Assembly: GCA_023334545.1 (NCBI GenBank)
Contig: JAADVB010000011.1
Span: 1 to 64,000 of the forward strand
Direction of reading: 5' to 3'
DNA: 64,000 nucleotides
DNA from: Salisapilia sapeloensis CBS 127946
Lineage: Eukaryota > Protista > Oomycota
Shown here piece after piece: positions 21,101 to 31,300 of the stretch; the first letter of the stretch is position 1; each line of letters starts with the position of its first letter. The notes beneath the pieces are model-generated. The model was not told where the DNA came from. It worked only from the letters and a program-made list of their open reading frames with translations, and did not search any database. The translations under genes were made by a program, and so were the position numbers.

Positions 21101-22024
21101 TTCGTGACGCATATTTTGCTTTTAGATGAGATTTGGGATAAGTCGTTAGAACAGCAAGTGATCAGTCGAGCGCATCGCATGGGCGCGAATGAAAGTGTCA
21201 TTGTCGAACAACTGGTGATGCGAGACTCTTTAGAAGTCTTGATGCACGACATGAGTCGGCATGAACGCTTAGAAGATTTCTTACCATCGGATCAACTGCA
21301 GGAACAAGTCGCTTCGATCGAGTCGAATGCTTCTTCTGAAAGACCTAGGAGGAAACCGAGACATAGCATCCTGTCAGAGTATAAATCCTCTAGTCACATG
21401 CGAAAGCAGTCGACGCCGAGAGGGCTGGATGACGTCCAGAGCAAGAGGACAAAGCTCCATCAACAAGTGCTCTTCCTTCTGAATAACTTGAGATTACTAG
21501 ACGCATCCGTCGCAGCAGAGGCGAGGCAAGTGCGTTTCCAGATGCAAGATGAAGAACGGAATGTCCTTCGAGAAGCGACGCACTTGATGCCGGAAATCCA
21601 AGGCAGCACAGAGCGAAATGACGAAGGAGATCAAGGTTTGGATCTACAACTGCAGGCGAATACAGCGTTAAATGCACAGAGTCGTAGTGTCTTGCCACCT
21701 ACCAGACCGAGAGAGGGGGAAAATGGAAAGGAGAAGAGAAGACTACAGTTTGCAGCTTCCCCTCCGTCCAAGAAAGGCAAGACGAATCAAGGTCTAACTA
21801 TCCGACGGGAGGTGCCACAAGCGACTAAGGAGCAAGTGATATCTAGCGTCAAACAAGAACAGTTTGTAGATCTTGTAAAGCACGGAGTGAAGCAAGAGGT
21901 GTCTGGCATATCACACACGGTCGAATCGAACGATGAACGTCAGAGAGGTGCGCGTGGGAAAACGAAGCGCAAGATTAGGATCAGAGAAGACGAATTGTCT
22001 GACTCGGATGCATCAACAGAGTAA
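18188..22024 (+). CDS. F-box + SNF2-family ATPase with an inserted C3HC4 RING (Rad5/16-like clade), 1278 aa
   Basis: F-box LTDLPVVALHNILRMLQPRQLAAMSAVC; motif I GGLFCDEPGLGKT; motif II VIVDEGH; motif III MTGTP; RING CEKC..CGHLVCPDC..CCVC; HELICc GSHGLDLS..QVISRAHRMG. Confidence 0.93.
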   Translation: MPSTIEVLAPIYPDVVRGQSVFPAVFPVDFQVEAVEGPTKHKVLVTFPRGQDKPKKKSYTCVNPEAHLKSTRCYGRRLLVDLIKLQDASVFTFRATYVVMDTTRQHNTTQLGSSKYTEKLALFRLQLDLDPSVNDRDTRSLHSNVSSHHVLLSHLQYAIGGEEHRQVAIKKNRLLELRQEGIHNPCHVVGCHVHHTDAVSKSDHPLLKTGKLRLAEVFLSLEKANESSQMAIREDRNYPVRNDSGQKILTDLPVVALHNILRMLQPRQLAAMSAVCSTFQHISYEVVPGLKLVLFPHQQRALKWLMQRESPSLDRLQSLPHPYVYPSDNHQSGWHKSIDLVDKRLSDHPTPAAKEFRGGLFCDEPGLGKTITMLALILRTKGLKAKTSNMERSHDIDHTHTRMLRNSSNRGREVNLDHLHQCKSTLIIVPDPLLDHWEYQMNEHILPSSLTMFFDHGGEIPEPDKLVDYDVVVTVFSRLNKEWKFRRPSSALEMNAPERYGFEGAKRYINGEVSSGTSPLLMLHWARVIVDEGHKLGGTHPNDQMRMARLLYAERRWVMTGTPTPNTLVSQDLTHMHGLLVFLRDRPYGDTDGKAWRKAIANPFEENEPDAFHRVQQVLDRVMLRHTKESIRHLLPSVVRRIVLIDPTPTEHKHYNTIAGVVRLNLVLANMDPKKPGIKHPDSLLNPINRTHAIQVLRNLRFACCGGYTLVAYFKNSSSFEEAVRDFYKYGMEEPSIIKMRRYMTHVLGDNETPCEKCGRDFKLLLVFICGHLVCPDCTWDHFTQSGSACCVCLEPFDPEVVQKIQPGFEYQVKAETSGSGTQPQQQPQLPPQGQQAGNNRPATGQVQPRRQLDFTRDIDYIQASKPFYAIQRVRELKKEFKNRRGHAGERTYFTQHDRSDRPLKIILYSDMKDHIWHAYVAFKQHDIKVAPYMTGIRPAKRAKALEEFRHDDDMNVLLLTEYGSHGLDLSFVTHILLLDEIWDKSLEQQVISRAHRMGANESVIVEQLVMRDSLEVLMHDMSRHERLEDFLPSDQLQEQVASIESNASSERPRRKPRHSILSEYKSSSHMRKQSTPRGLDDVQSKRTKLHQQVLFLLNNLRLLDASVAAEARQVRFQMQDEERNVLREATHLMPEIQGSTERNDEGDQGLDLQLQANTALNAQSRSVLPPTRPREGENGKEKRRLQFAASPPSKKGKTNQGLTIRREVPQATKEQVISSVKQEQFVDLVKHGVKQEVSGISHTVESNDERQRGARGKTKRKIRIREDELSDSDASTE

Positions 22025-22068
22025 AAACATAGAAGGGAAATGTATTGATTGAAAAGCGTCGGAAGATT

Positions 22069-23212
22069 CTAGCTCCAGATCGCATCCGGTGACGTCATGT
22101 CAGCTCTGCTTGCTTCTTGGATGATCGAGAAAAAGTTGTCTTCATCTCCCTCTGCCTGCTTTTTATCCATACGTAATTGGGCATTCCGCAGGAAGGAAAA
22201 GAATTTCTTTTCACGAGGCGAAAAGTCTGGATGCCAAACGTCTAGAATAAGAACGATGCGCGCGTGATTCGGATCGTCATTCCACGCTTCATGTTCGAAC
22301 GAATCGTCGAAGAGGAAACACTTTCCCTCTTGGACGTGCACCGTTTCGGATCCGACTCGTAGTCGACAGCTTCCTTCTGGCACAACAAGTGGCAAGTGGC
22401 AGCGTAGCTTCTTGTTCGTCGGTCCATGATGTTTCTTTACGTGCGTACTTGGTGCCAAAGCAGAGAAGAAGGCGTGGTCATAGAGATTAGGAATGCTATC
22501 AAGCACCTCGACGGTCTTGGGGCACAAACTCCGGTTTTTACTAAAGTCAATATTGTGCAGGTACAAGTAGAAGACGTGCCAATCGCCTGCGTCATGCCCA
22601 GCACTGCCGATACCGTCATTTGCCTATGTTGACATTAAAGTAAAGTTCCGATTGTGAGTTACAATATCAGATGAGCCGTCCATCTTCCCGACGCTTGTCC
22701 TATACGGAATATGTCGGGAGACGGAGGATGGACACTTGGGTACTTACTTGAATGTCGCTTGCCCACGAAGGTGCGCGGTATGGCTGGAATCCTTTCTCAT
22801 GCTTTAACGCCAAAAGCTCCTGTCGGATGACAGGGAAAGCGTCTTCTAGCGTCTGCACCCAGCTAAAATACGAGTTTTCCCACACCGGTGTCGCTTGTAG
22901 CCGTGGGATGAGATCTGGACATCCGTGTTGCCACGGTGATGCCCAGGATGGTCGAGACGAGAGCTGTCCATTGAGCCCTTCTAAGATCCACTTGCGTAGT
23001 CTCGCGACGGCGTCATCTTGGTTATCGGACTCAGAGGCAAGTTCCCGCTGGAGCCACTGGAGCAGCATTCGTTCACTGAAACACGAGACGCCCCATGATC
23101 GTACGAGATCATGCAGTTGTTCCGAAAGACGCTCATAGGGAGAAAGCTCTTGAGCTCGATCAAAATACTCGACGGACGGTGGTGAAGATGCATTCTCGAA
23201 AGCAGTGGCCAT
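22069..23212 (-). CDS. Aspartyl/asparaginyl beta-hydroxylase-type Fe(II)/2OG oxygenase, 2 exons, about 339 aa
   Basis: Exons 23212-22748 and 22623-22069 (124-nt intron gives WASDIQ|ANDGIGSAGHDAGDWHVFYL). AFFSALAPSTHVKKHHGPTNKKLRCHLPL, FDDSFEHEAWN, RIVLILDVWHP. The start is uncertain because in-frame ATGs also occur at 23419 and 23431. Confidence 0.88.
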
Positions 23213-23468
23213 CTTGTAACTCGATATCTTTGTTATTCGTTTCAATTCTGTTTTAAGAAGTGGAGAGGGATCCTTGTGCCTTGTTTCGAGACCAACTATT
23301 CGATCAAACGAGCATCTAAAGCGTCGTCCGACCGGACGTACGAAGGCTTGATAGGTGCCCCATGAGGATACTCTGATGCTGCATTTCTCGGACACCACAA
23401 CATAAGCCAGATGTCTCATTATGATCGACATAGTCAGGCGAGATAGAGCCACAGGCTTCGACAAAAGA

Positions 23469-24077
23469 ATGGATGGGAGTATTGCTACTAGACGAAATGA
23501 GTACTTGAATGTGAGTGAAATTTTTGGTGGAGATGAACGAGTTAAGTGCACGTTTGAAGTCGATGCCGCCGAATGCGGATACTTGGATCCGAGTAGTGAT
23601 GCGCCCAATGCGACGATTGCAGCAGGAACCGAGGTCGAGCTTCCTCTATGGCTAGCGGAGACGCTGGCACAGAGAGGAGACGTACGTGTAGAAGCACCGC
23701 CGTACTTGACGTCTCGATTCCGACGACTGTTGCAAGCTGGGCCTTCGTCCGTGAATCTACGTGACTTTTCGTCGTATGTATATCAAGTCGGTCGGCACAT
23801 GATGCCACTGGTGGAGGAAGAGGAGAAGCAGGAGATGAATGAGATTCTTAAACTATCTTATGCCGGTGAACGATACAAGGCTGTTTTAAACAATGCAATG
23901 AACGCTTTGGACGAAGACACGACCGAGTTCACTCGAAAGCTGACGGAAGAAGAGAAAAAAATCTTCCACGCAGGTGTAGAGGACTCTTCAAGCTTTACCA
24001 AGTGGAAGGCTCGAAAGGCGGGCGCGATAAAGACTGCTCCGATCGTTGCTCGAGCGTATAAAAAGCGTCGACTATGA
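23469..24077 (+). CDS. PSF3: GINS complex subunit Psf3, about 202 aa
   Basis: YLNVSEIFGGDERVKCTF, GYLDP, GTEVELPLWLA, SVNLR..YVY.VG, TRKLTEEEKKIF. Likely start is ATG 23469; an upstream in-frame ATG lies at 23421. Confidence 0.9.
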   Translation: MDGSIATRRNEYLNVSEIFGGDERVKCTFEVDAAECGYLDPSSDAPNATIAAGTEVELPLWLAETLAQRGDVRVEAPPYLTSRFRRLLQAGPSSVNLRDFSSYVYQVGRHMMPLVEEEEKQEMNEILKLSYAGERYKAVLNNAMNALDEDTTEFTRKLTEEEKKIFHAGVEDSSSFTKWKARKAGAIKTAPIVARAYKKRRL

Positions 24078-24167
24078 TCATGTAATAAAATAACTTCAGA
24101 ATCGGTTTGCTGTTTCACACGAGTGAGGAGTCGTTTCCATACCTGTATCTGCTTGCATCCTGTCCGG

Positions 24168-26842
24168 ATGGACGAAATCGATCCTGCGTTCTTCGATAAG
24201 GATTTCAACGTCCAACGGTATCTACTCTGGCATGTCGTTGGCGCGGCGTCTCCTGCGTTGAGGCAAGAACAGCTAAACAAGGTCCAGCACTTTCGCAAAC
24301 TAGCAGATGCCGAGATCGCGGATGTCATCGACGACAATTACGGGAATTTCAATGCAAGCATCTCAAGGTTTAGTGCGTTGGCTCATCGGCTTGAAGGTAG
24401 TGCCGTGTGTATTGATTAAGAGGATCTAAACTTGACAAGTATGTCTTCGTAGGTACTCGAGAAGATATTAAAACGATTCATGCCAAGGCAAATGAGGCAA
24501 AAAGTTGTCTTTATGCAAAACCCAGTGGCATTGCTTCGCATCACCAGCGGAAACGACAATCGGAAGAGGTACGATGGTAGCAATTTTCACAACAAGATAG
24601 ATTCTCAAGGTGCTTTACTAGGCGGTCGATTTCATTGGTCATTTACATTTAGTTCTGGAAGCTCCAGAGAAAGTTACTAGACTTGTAGCAGAGAAACAAT
24701 ACGATACTGCTGCGGAGGTTTTTACAAAGGCATTTGAGGTAGCATGTAGTAGTTCTTTTGCGGCCGTCGAAGAAACAATGATTGCACGAGAAAAACTCAT
24801 CGAGTCCAAGCATGTTCTGCAAACCGCGATAGTAGAAGAGCTTCACCATTTTATTTATCTGAAAGAAATACTGGAAGAAAAGAGCAAGTCTCCATCAATT
24901 GCAACGCTGGAAATGGAGTTGAGAACGGAGTTATTGGAAGATAACCTAGTCGAAGACTCTACAGACGAAGTAGCAGGCGCAGATTCAAGAGACAGCCGAC
25001 GCCATCTTGTCAACCTTCTAGACATTATCAGAGTGTAAGGCCTCTAATATTGTGCATATATATATACTCTTGCCAATTTGCTTTTGGATACGTAGACTAC
25101 AGTGCGAAGCTGTTGTTCTAGGTGACATCAAATCTATGGCCGACTCTGAGCTAGACCGATTGGACACTTGTCTTCAGCAAAGAGTCAGCGACGACTTTAT
25201 TAAACTAAAGCACAGCACCACCTCTGCAGAAAAATTCGCTGGTCAATTTGGCTGGCATGAGCATTCTGAAAGATATGCGATTTACATGAGACTTCTCACT
25301 ACAGCTCTCATCCGCGTTACTCAACGCCATAAGCTTCTATCAGCAATGTTCCATTCAATGGGAGATCAAGAAGAGTACATGTTCAGTCGGTTTGTCCAAA
25401 AGAGTGTTAACATCTGCGAACGCTCCATGACAAAATTTGTTACGAATGAAGGTAATACGACGAGTAAAGTCGACGAGAGTGCTTCAAAGTTGACAGAAGA
25501 AAATGTCCACAAGTTTGAACTATGGAAGCAGCTTCGACGGAGTCGTCATCACACCAAACATAAAGACAGACCGTCGTCTCCGATTAAGAAGGCAGCAGCT
25601 GTCCGACCGTTTTGTTCACTAAGCTTATATCATCTTCCATCCATTGTACAGCAAGTAAAAGTCTTTATTGACGCACTCTTTCGAGAGACAGAAGGTGAAT
25701 CCAGGACAGTTGCCACTGGCTTTGCCTCCACCTTTGAAATGCTCTTACGGTTCAATTGGTTGCCAAAGCTGAAAGACAAAGCACAGACATCTCTTCTATC
25801 TGTCCCTCGGTACGACCCATTTCAATTGTCTACACCAAAACCGTTTCTGTTCAAGGCAGAAGAAGCCTACAGACCATTGCTAGAGATCATTGATAGGATG
25901 GCTCTGATGGCTACTGAAATGCAAGACTATGGCAGTGATTTAAGTACCGTCGTTGAGGTGGTTACGATCAAATGGATAAGTTTGTGCGAATCCGTGACCA
26001 AGAACTTGTTCATAACGAAACAAGCTGCAAATCCAAATGTGATGGAAGCATTAGCCGACGTGAACGAGATGTTACTTGCCACCGAACTCTTCCAAAATGC
26101 CAAGGGCAATGTTCCAGAGCCTAGTTCTCCCGTTCGAAACATGCCATGGGCGTCTCCTAAGAAACCTCACATCCATGCTAACTCATCCATTTGTTTAGAT
26201 GATGTGAACGCGAAAGAAATCGACTTGTACCACCAAACTAATGAAGACGAGCCGGCGTTGGTGTCAATTGACGTAGCATCTGTCGCTGTCCTAGCTTCTG
26301 TTAACAAGATGTGCGACCACGTTGCTGAGTTTCTTCACATGCAGGTGCAACCGATGACGAAAACATCAGTATCAAAGCAAAAGTTATCGCAGGCTATATC
26401 CAAGTGCAGCTCACTCGCAGACGACTGCCTGTGCGCTTTGCGAGGAGATCTTCGCGTGCGATGTGCAGATCATATCTCAAAGCTATTTGGATTACCAGAC
26501 AGCAGTGTCGATAACCAATTATCAGGTAGTGACGAACGCACCTCTCGCTTCAAAGCAGACCTATGTGCCTTTGAAAGACATGTGCATGCAAGTTTTGACA
26601 AAGATAAAGCAGCCGTGGTGTTCACTGGGTTGGACGAGTTTATCTGTGGATTGCTCAATTTAAAACTGGACAAGTTACTAAAGAAGACCATGACGCAAGC
26701 CGATGTGGATGAGATGCAAACAATTATTTCAGACATTCATCAAGTACTCACATCAGTCTTCTTTTGTCATACCAAAGTAGATATCTCCAATGAAGCATTC
26801 CAAAATGTCTACAAGCATGCAGGATCACAGAAGGGGCAATGA
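24168..26842 (+). CDS. SEC8: Exocyst component Sec8/EXOC4-like, 4 exons, about 834 aa
   Basis: Exons 24168-24396, 24453-24568, 24622-25034 and 25096-26842 (introns of 56, 53 and about 61 nt). The N-terminus VIDDNYGNFNASISRF...EAPEKVTRLVAEKQYDTAA...IVEELHHFIYLK resembles the Sec8 N-terminal domain. Confidence 0.75.
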
Positions 26843-26940
26843 TCCCTAGCGTGCCTTTGGTAAAAACTAAAAAAGACGTAAGACAAAGAGGATAATATAT
26901 TAAGTTTGGATCATACATTTACTATCTAATTTGCTCTTAA

Positions 26941-27987
26941 CTACCAGTTGAGGAATTCATCAAAGCTCGGAATAGATCCGACTGTCGGCGACCCAACACC
27001 TTCCGTTGACTCGTATGAGCTTAATAAATCTGGAACACCAGGTAGTCGGTTTAAATGCAAGCCTGGTAAATGCGAGGAGGTTGATATTGACGGAAGAGGT
27101 TTGGGAGACAGCAGCGCAGTATTACTACTCGAGGCAGGCAGCATAGATGTATTCAAAGGCATCAGAGGCAATGGGGACGACTGGCTGCTTTCATTCGCAA
27201 GCAACGCTGTCTGTAGTTGAGGCAATACATTATTGCGTTCATCCGTTCGTTCAAAGGTTGAGTTTGTCATGTCCGTAGTTTGTGCTTTACCGGTACCTGA
27301 ATAAAGGGAAGAAGGAGGTGGTAATGTCGGTGGCAATGCCCTCGCATGGTTAAATGGAAGTAGCGGCTGGAGGCTGACAGAGTTATCACAATCAGATAGC
27401 ACTCCAGTACTTTGATCAATGGATGGAAGTCGAAATGATGAGGTGTTTCTCCGAAACATTGGACCCCACCTCTCTCTCCTACCTTCGCTCCAATCGTCCG
27501 AAACGCTGGAGCTGGGAGAGTTCAGGATGTCATTCAAATTCGTATTTCTGGAATGTGTTTCTTCCGAGAGCCTGCGATCATCCTGCGACTTTTGCTTCTT
27601 CCTCATCTGTAACCTTGTTTCCTGCCGAGCAAGTCCAATAGCATCTCGATCCATCCTATCTCGCCATCGAGGTTCCATCAACTGCTGCTGCTCATTCTGC
27701 TTTGCTTTATCCCCATCTTCTATTCGCTCTCTTCTCTTTTGTTGCCGCTTGCGGTTCAAATACCGCAATCTCTCTCTTTCATTGACGTCCTTAACTTCCG
27801 ATATTAATTTCCGTTTCCGCTTTTGGGCTGCTGGAGACGTGTTTCCATGCTGCTTTCGAGAGATATGTTTCAAGTACCGATACTTGGCTGCTCTCCGGTT
27901 ATTCAACCGGCGTTTCCGAGCTTCCTGTGACTCCTCTTCCTCCGTAGGTGACGCATACGCCTTTTGAATGTGCTCCGGTAGGTCCAT
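26941..27987 (-). CDS. Uncharacterised protein with bZIP-like basic segments and a Pro/Ser/Leu-rich tail (putative transcription factor), 348 aa
   Basis: First ATG at 27987. Basic segments ARKRRLNNRRAAKYR and ERERLRYLNRKRQQKRRER. No clear leucine zipper. Confidence 0.6.
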   Translation of the reverse strand: MDLPEHIQKAYASPTEEEESQEARKRRLNNRRAAKYRYLKHISRKQHGNTSPAAQKRKRKLISEVKDVNERERLRYLNRKRQQKRRERIEDGDKAKQNEQQQLMEPRWRDRMDRDAIGLARQETRLQMRKKQKSQDDRRLSEETHSRNTNLNDILNSPSSSVSDDWSEGRRERWGPMFRRNTSSFRLPSIDQSTGVLSDCDNSVSLQPLLPFNHARALPPTLPPPSSLYSGTGKAQTTDMTNSTFERTDERNNVLPQLQTALLANESSQSSPLPLMPLNTSMLPASSSNTALLSPKPLPSISTSSHLPGLHLNRLPGVPDLLSSYESTEGVGSPTVGSIPSFDEFLNW

Positions 27988-28363
27988 TCCGAGTTTAGTT
28001 GTCTGCTCCAAGTTGCAATTCTGCACTGGACCACAAAACCTTGTTTTTTCTACCAAACATACTTCTTGTGTAAGTAGATATAATAATCATAGCCACTTGC
28101 CGATGAAGAGCTGTCATCGATTTGGGAGGGTCACTTGGATAAAGTATCGTGAACGTGTACGAAATTGCAAATTGGATGACATTATTGAAAATCGCGCGAA
28201 ACAAAGGACGAAGCAATAGCGATTTCCTTCACGACGCGAGGGAACGTCACTGCTACTCTCCTACTATTCCCAAAATACCTGTCATCTCTTCATCCACTCT
28301 TCTACACAGCCGTACGCTTGACATACCTACGACAGTCTGCTTTGCTGCTATTTTAAAATAGCA

Positions 28364-31300
28364 ATGGCGGAACATGGACAAGATCAGCACGCTGCCTCCT
28401 CTGCTCCTACACCTGCAACAATGGAGAATAATGCAGATATTAGCAACGACAAAGGTCGTAGTGGACCTGTGGATGAAGCTGAAGTCTATTATTTAATTGC
28501 AGACTTTTTAAAACGGCGGACGAACTGCCAGCGAGCTGCCGATACGCTCATCGAGGAGCTACAGGAGCATGCATTGTTGCGAGAGAGCGTCGACTGGCAA
28601 GGCAGGAAGAGACCAGCTACCTATACAGATTTCAGCTTACGCCATCGAGATCTTAGCTCTGGTCACTTGATGCATCTACTACAGAGCTTGGACGTCGTCT
28701 CGCAGTCAAACGAGAAAAAATCGCCCGTTGTTAATTCCTTGTTGCTTAAGAGTCGAGGAGAAGATGTGACAAAGGTGTCTTTATCACCAGACGAACGGAA
28801 AGCCTTAGGAAAAGGAATTGTCGAGAAAAACATGCAACTACGGCAAACTAATCGTACATTAGAAACTGTACGTTCCATCGTCTCCAAGTACGATCGTATA
28901 CGGGAATACGCTTACGTTCACAGCGTCAATGAGCTACCTGCATCGATACAGCTAGAGCTGGAGAACAGTGTGCAATCCGCAGAAGCCTTGACCTCTCTAG
29001 CAGCCGATGTGCGTGCGTTGAAACAGTTGCTACAGCTACAGGAACAGAAGAAAACGCTTGGTGTAGACTTTGAACGCTCCATCTTGAAAGCACAAAAGGC
29101 AGGTATGCTCCAAAGTCATGTGCGATCAGGAAGGAATCAGGTATCGTTGCTACAGCAACGCGAACTTGGTCTTCGAGGCGTGGACAGGATCCCAAGACCA
29201 CCATCGCCTCCAACATACATCTATAGTCGCATTCGGCGCGTAAAGACGCTCAATGGCCATTTGCAGATCCCGACTTACTGCCTCACATACGATCGAACGT
29301 GCCAGTACGTCATCACAGGTGCCGACGACCGGTTAATCAAAATCTGGTCGTTGCGGACAGGTGAGCTTCGCTTTACACTACGTGGTCACCTTGGCAACAT
29401 CACCGACTTGGCTGTGAACTATGCCAATACGCTCCTTGCCTCGTCTTCTGATGACAAGACGGTGCGTGTGTGGGAACTTAGTACAGGAGCTCCTGTCGCC
29501 GTGCTTCTGGGTCATTCAAGCGTCGTCAACTCACTTCGTTTCCACCCGACGAAGAACGTTGTGGTGACGGCGTCTGATGACGGTCGATGCTTTTGCTATC
29601 GACTGCCGGATATTGAAAAAGTAGAAAAGCATGAAACGTGGCATGAAACAGCAACTCGTCTGCATGCACAGGGTGCGTATATGCTAAGTCTCCACCCAGA
29701 GTACACTTTAAGCCACTCCGATGGTCGTCTTGGTGTCCGGTCATGCAAAGTGCTGTGTCTAAGCTTTAGTCGATGCGGCAACTACGTCATTACTGGTGGT
29801 CAGGACGGTATCGGTCGTGTGTGGGACGTTTCGGTTCTGTCCGATCCAAACGCACCTGCCGTCGTGCCTCAGTATCGTCCAGAGCGCAGTCCACAACCAG
29901 CACAAGTGGAGCGACAGGACCGAGTGGTAGAGATGGATAATGCGAATCAGCTAGCCGCACCTGGTGAAGAACTACCCATCCCTGCGCAGCCAGTGCAGCT
30001 TGTCAATCGCCACGACGATGCTCCTCCAGCTCAGAATAACGAACCGGATGGAGCGGCAGGTCCACAGGAAGACTTGAATCAGAATGACGGACAGAATGCT
30101 CAGCTCCCGAATGTACCTGCGCATCCACGTGCTCCTAACGGAGCTGTAGATGAAAGTGATGTGCCACGTCTTCCCAACAGCACTCCAGTCGCCTTGTTAA
30201 AAGGCCACACGGGTCCTATCACGAACATTGTCTTTAGTAATCGAGGTAATCGCGTTGCAACTGCTAGTATCAAGGACGGAACGGCTCGTGTCTGGAAATG
30301 GACAGGGAATGGCGTCGTACAAAGTAGTGGGCACCAAGTGCTGATTGCAAAGACAGAACAGCCAAGCGAATTCTCTGTCCGGAGGAAACAGGTACCAGCA
30401 GTTGATACGCTCACATGGACAAGAGATGATAGTCGGCTGGTGACACTGCATAGTGTCAAGCCAGGCGTGAATGAACCAGCTGAAGCGGACTGGCAGCAAC
30501 GACTGCGTGTGTGGAACCCATATAATGGTGATCTTCTAATTACGTTAGCAGCAGTGGACAGGGAGAAGCTGCAGGGTCATGTCAATGCTGTCTTTGCTCT
30601 AGACGTTCACCCGGACGACTGGCGAATCGTTGTTACGGCAGGATACGATGGTCGGATCTTCTTATGGGACATTGAATCCGGTCGAGTCTTGAAGAAGTTT
30701 GTGAATACGACACCTGATGGAGAGATCTTGCCGTTGCTAGATGGTGGGTTCATGCCGACGGGAGAAGGCTTTTGCTTTACAGACCGAAGTGGTCGACTGC
30801 TCTTGTTTAGTGCTGGATCAAGAGACCAGTTCGCAGCGACACCGGTGCAGCAGTACTTTCAAAGCGACTATGCGGAGATTGTGACGGACGGACACTTTCA
30901 CGTTTACGATCGAGAGACGCAGACAGAGCCTAGTCGGATGCCGTCTGGACCGCTTGTGGATGTCTATCGAGCAGAGTATCCGTACCAGCCACCTCATTTG
31001 TTAGAGCAGGAACTGACGCCAGAAGCTTATGAAGAGAATCGGAGACTGCGTATACGTCAGGCAGCTGAATCGGAGGAAAAATGTGGTGTGCAGCTTGAAG
31101 CAGACGATGAGAATGCAGACGAAGTGTTCCCTGTAGCGATTTTAAAGGAGCAAGTAGAAGAGAATCCTCGACCTGATACAGACTGGCGGTTAGCGAATGC
31201 GTCCTATCGTCTGGATGGAGAGCCTGTGACACTAGCTGATCTTAAGAGGAGGAAAAAGAGTCGAGTCCGGAGACGACAGAACTCGACGTCATTGGAAGAT

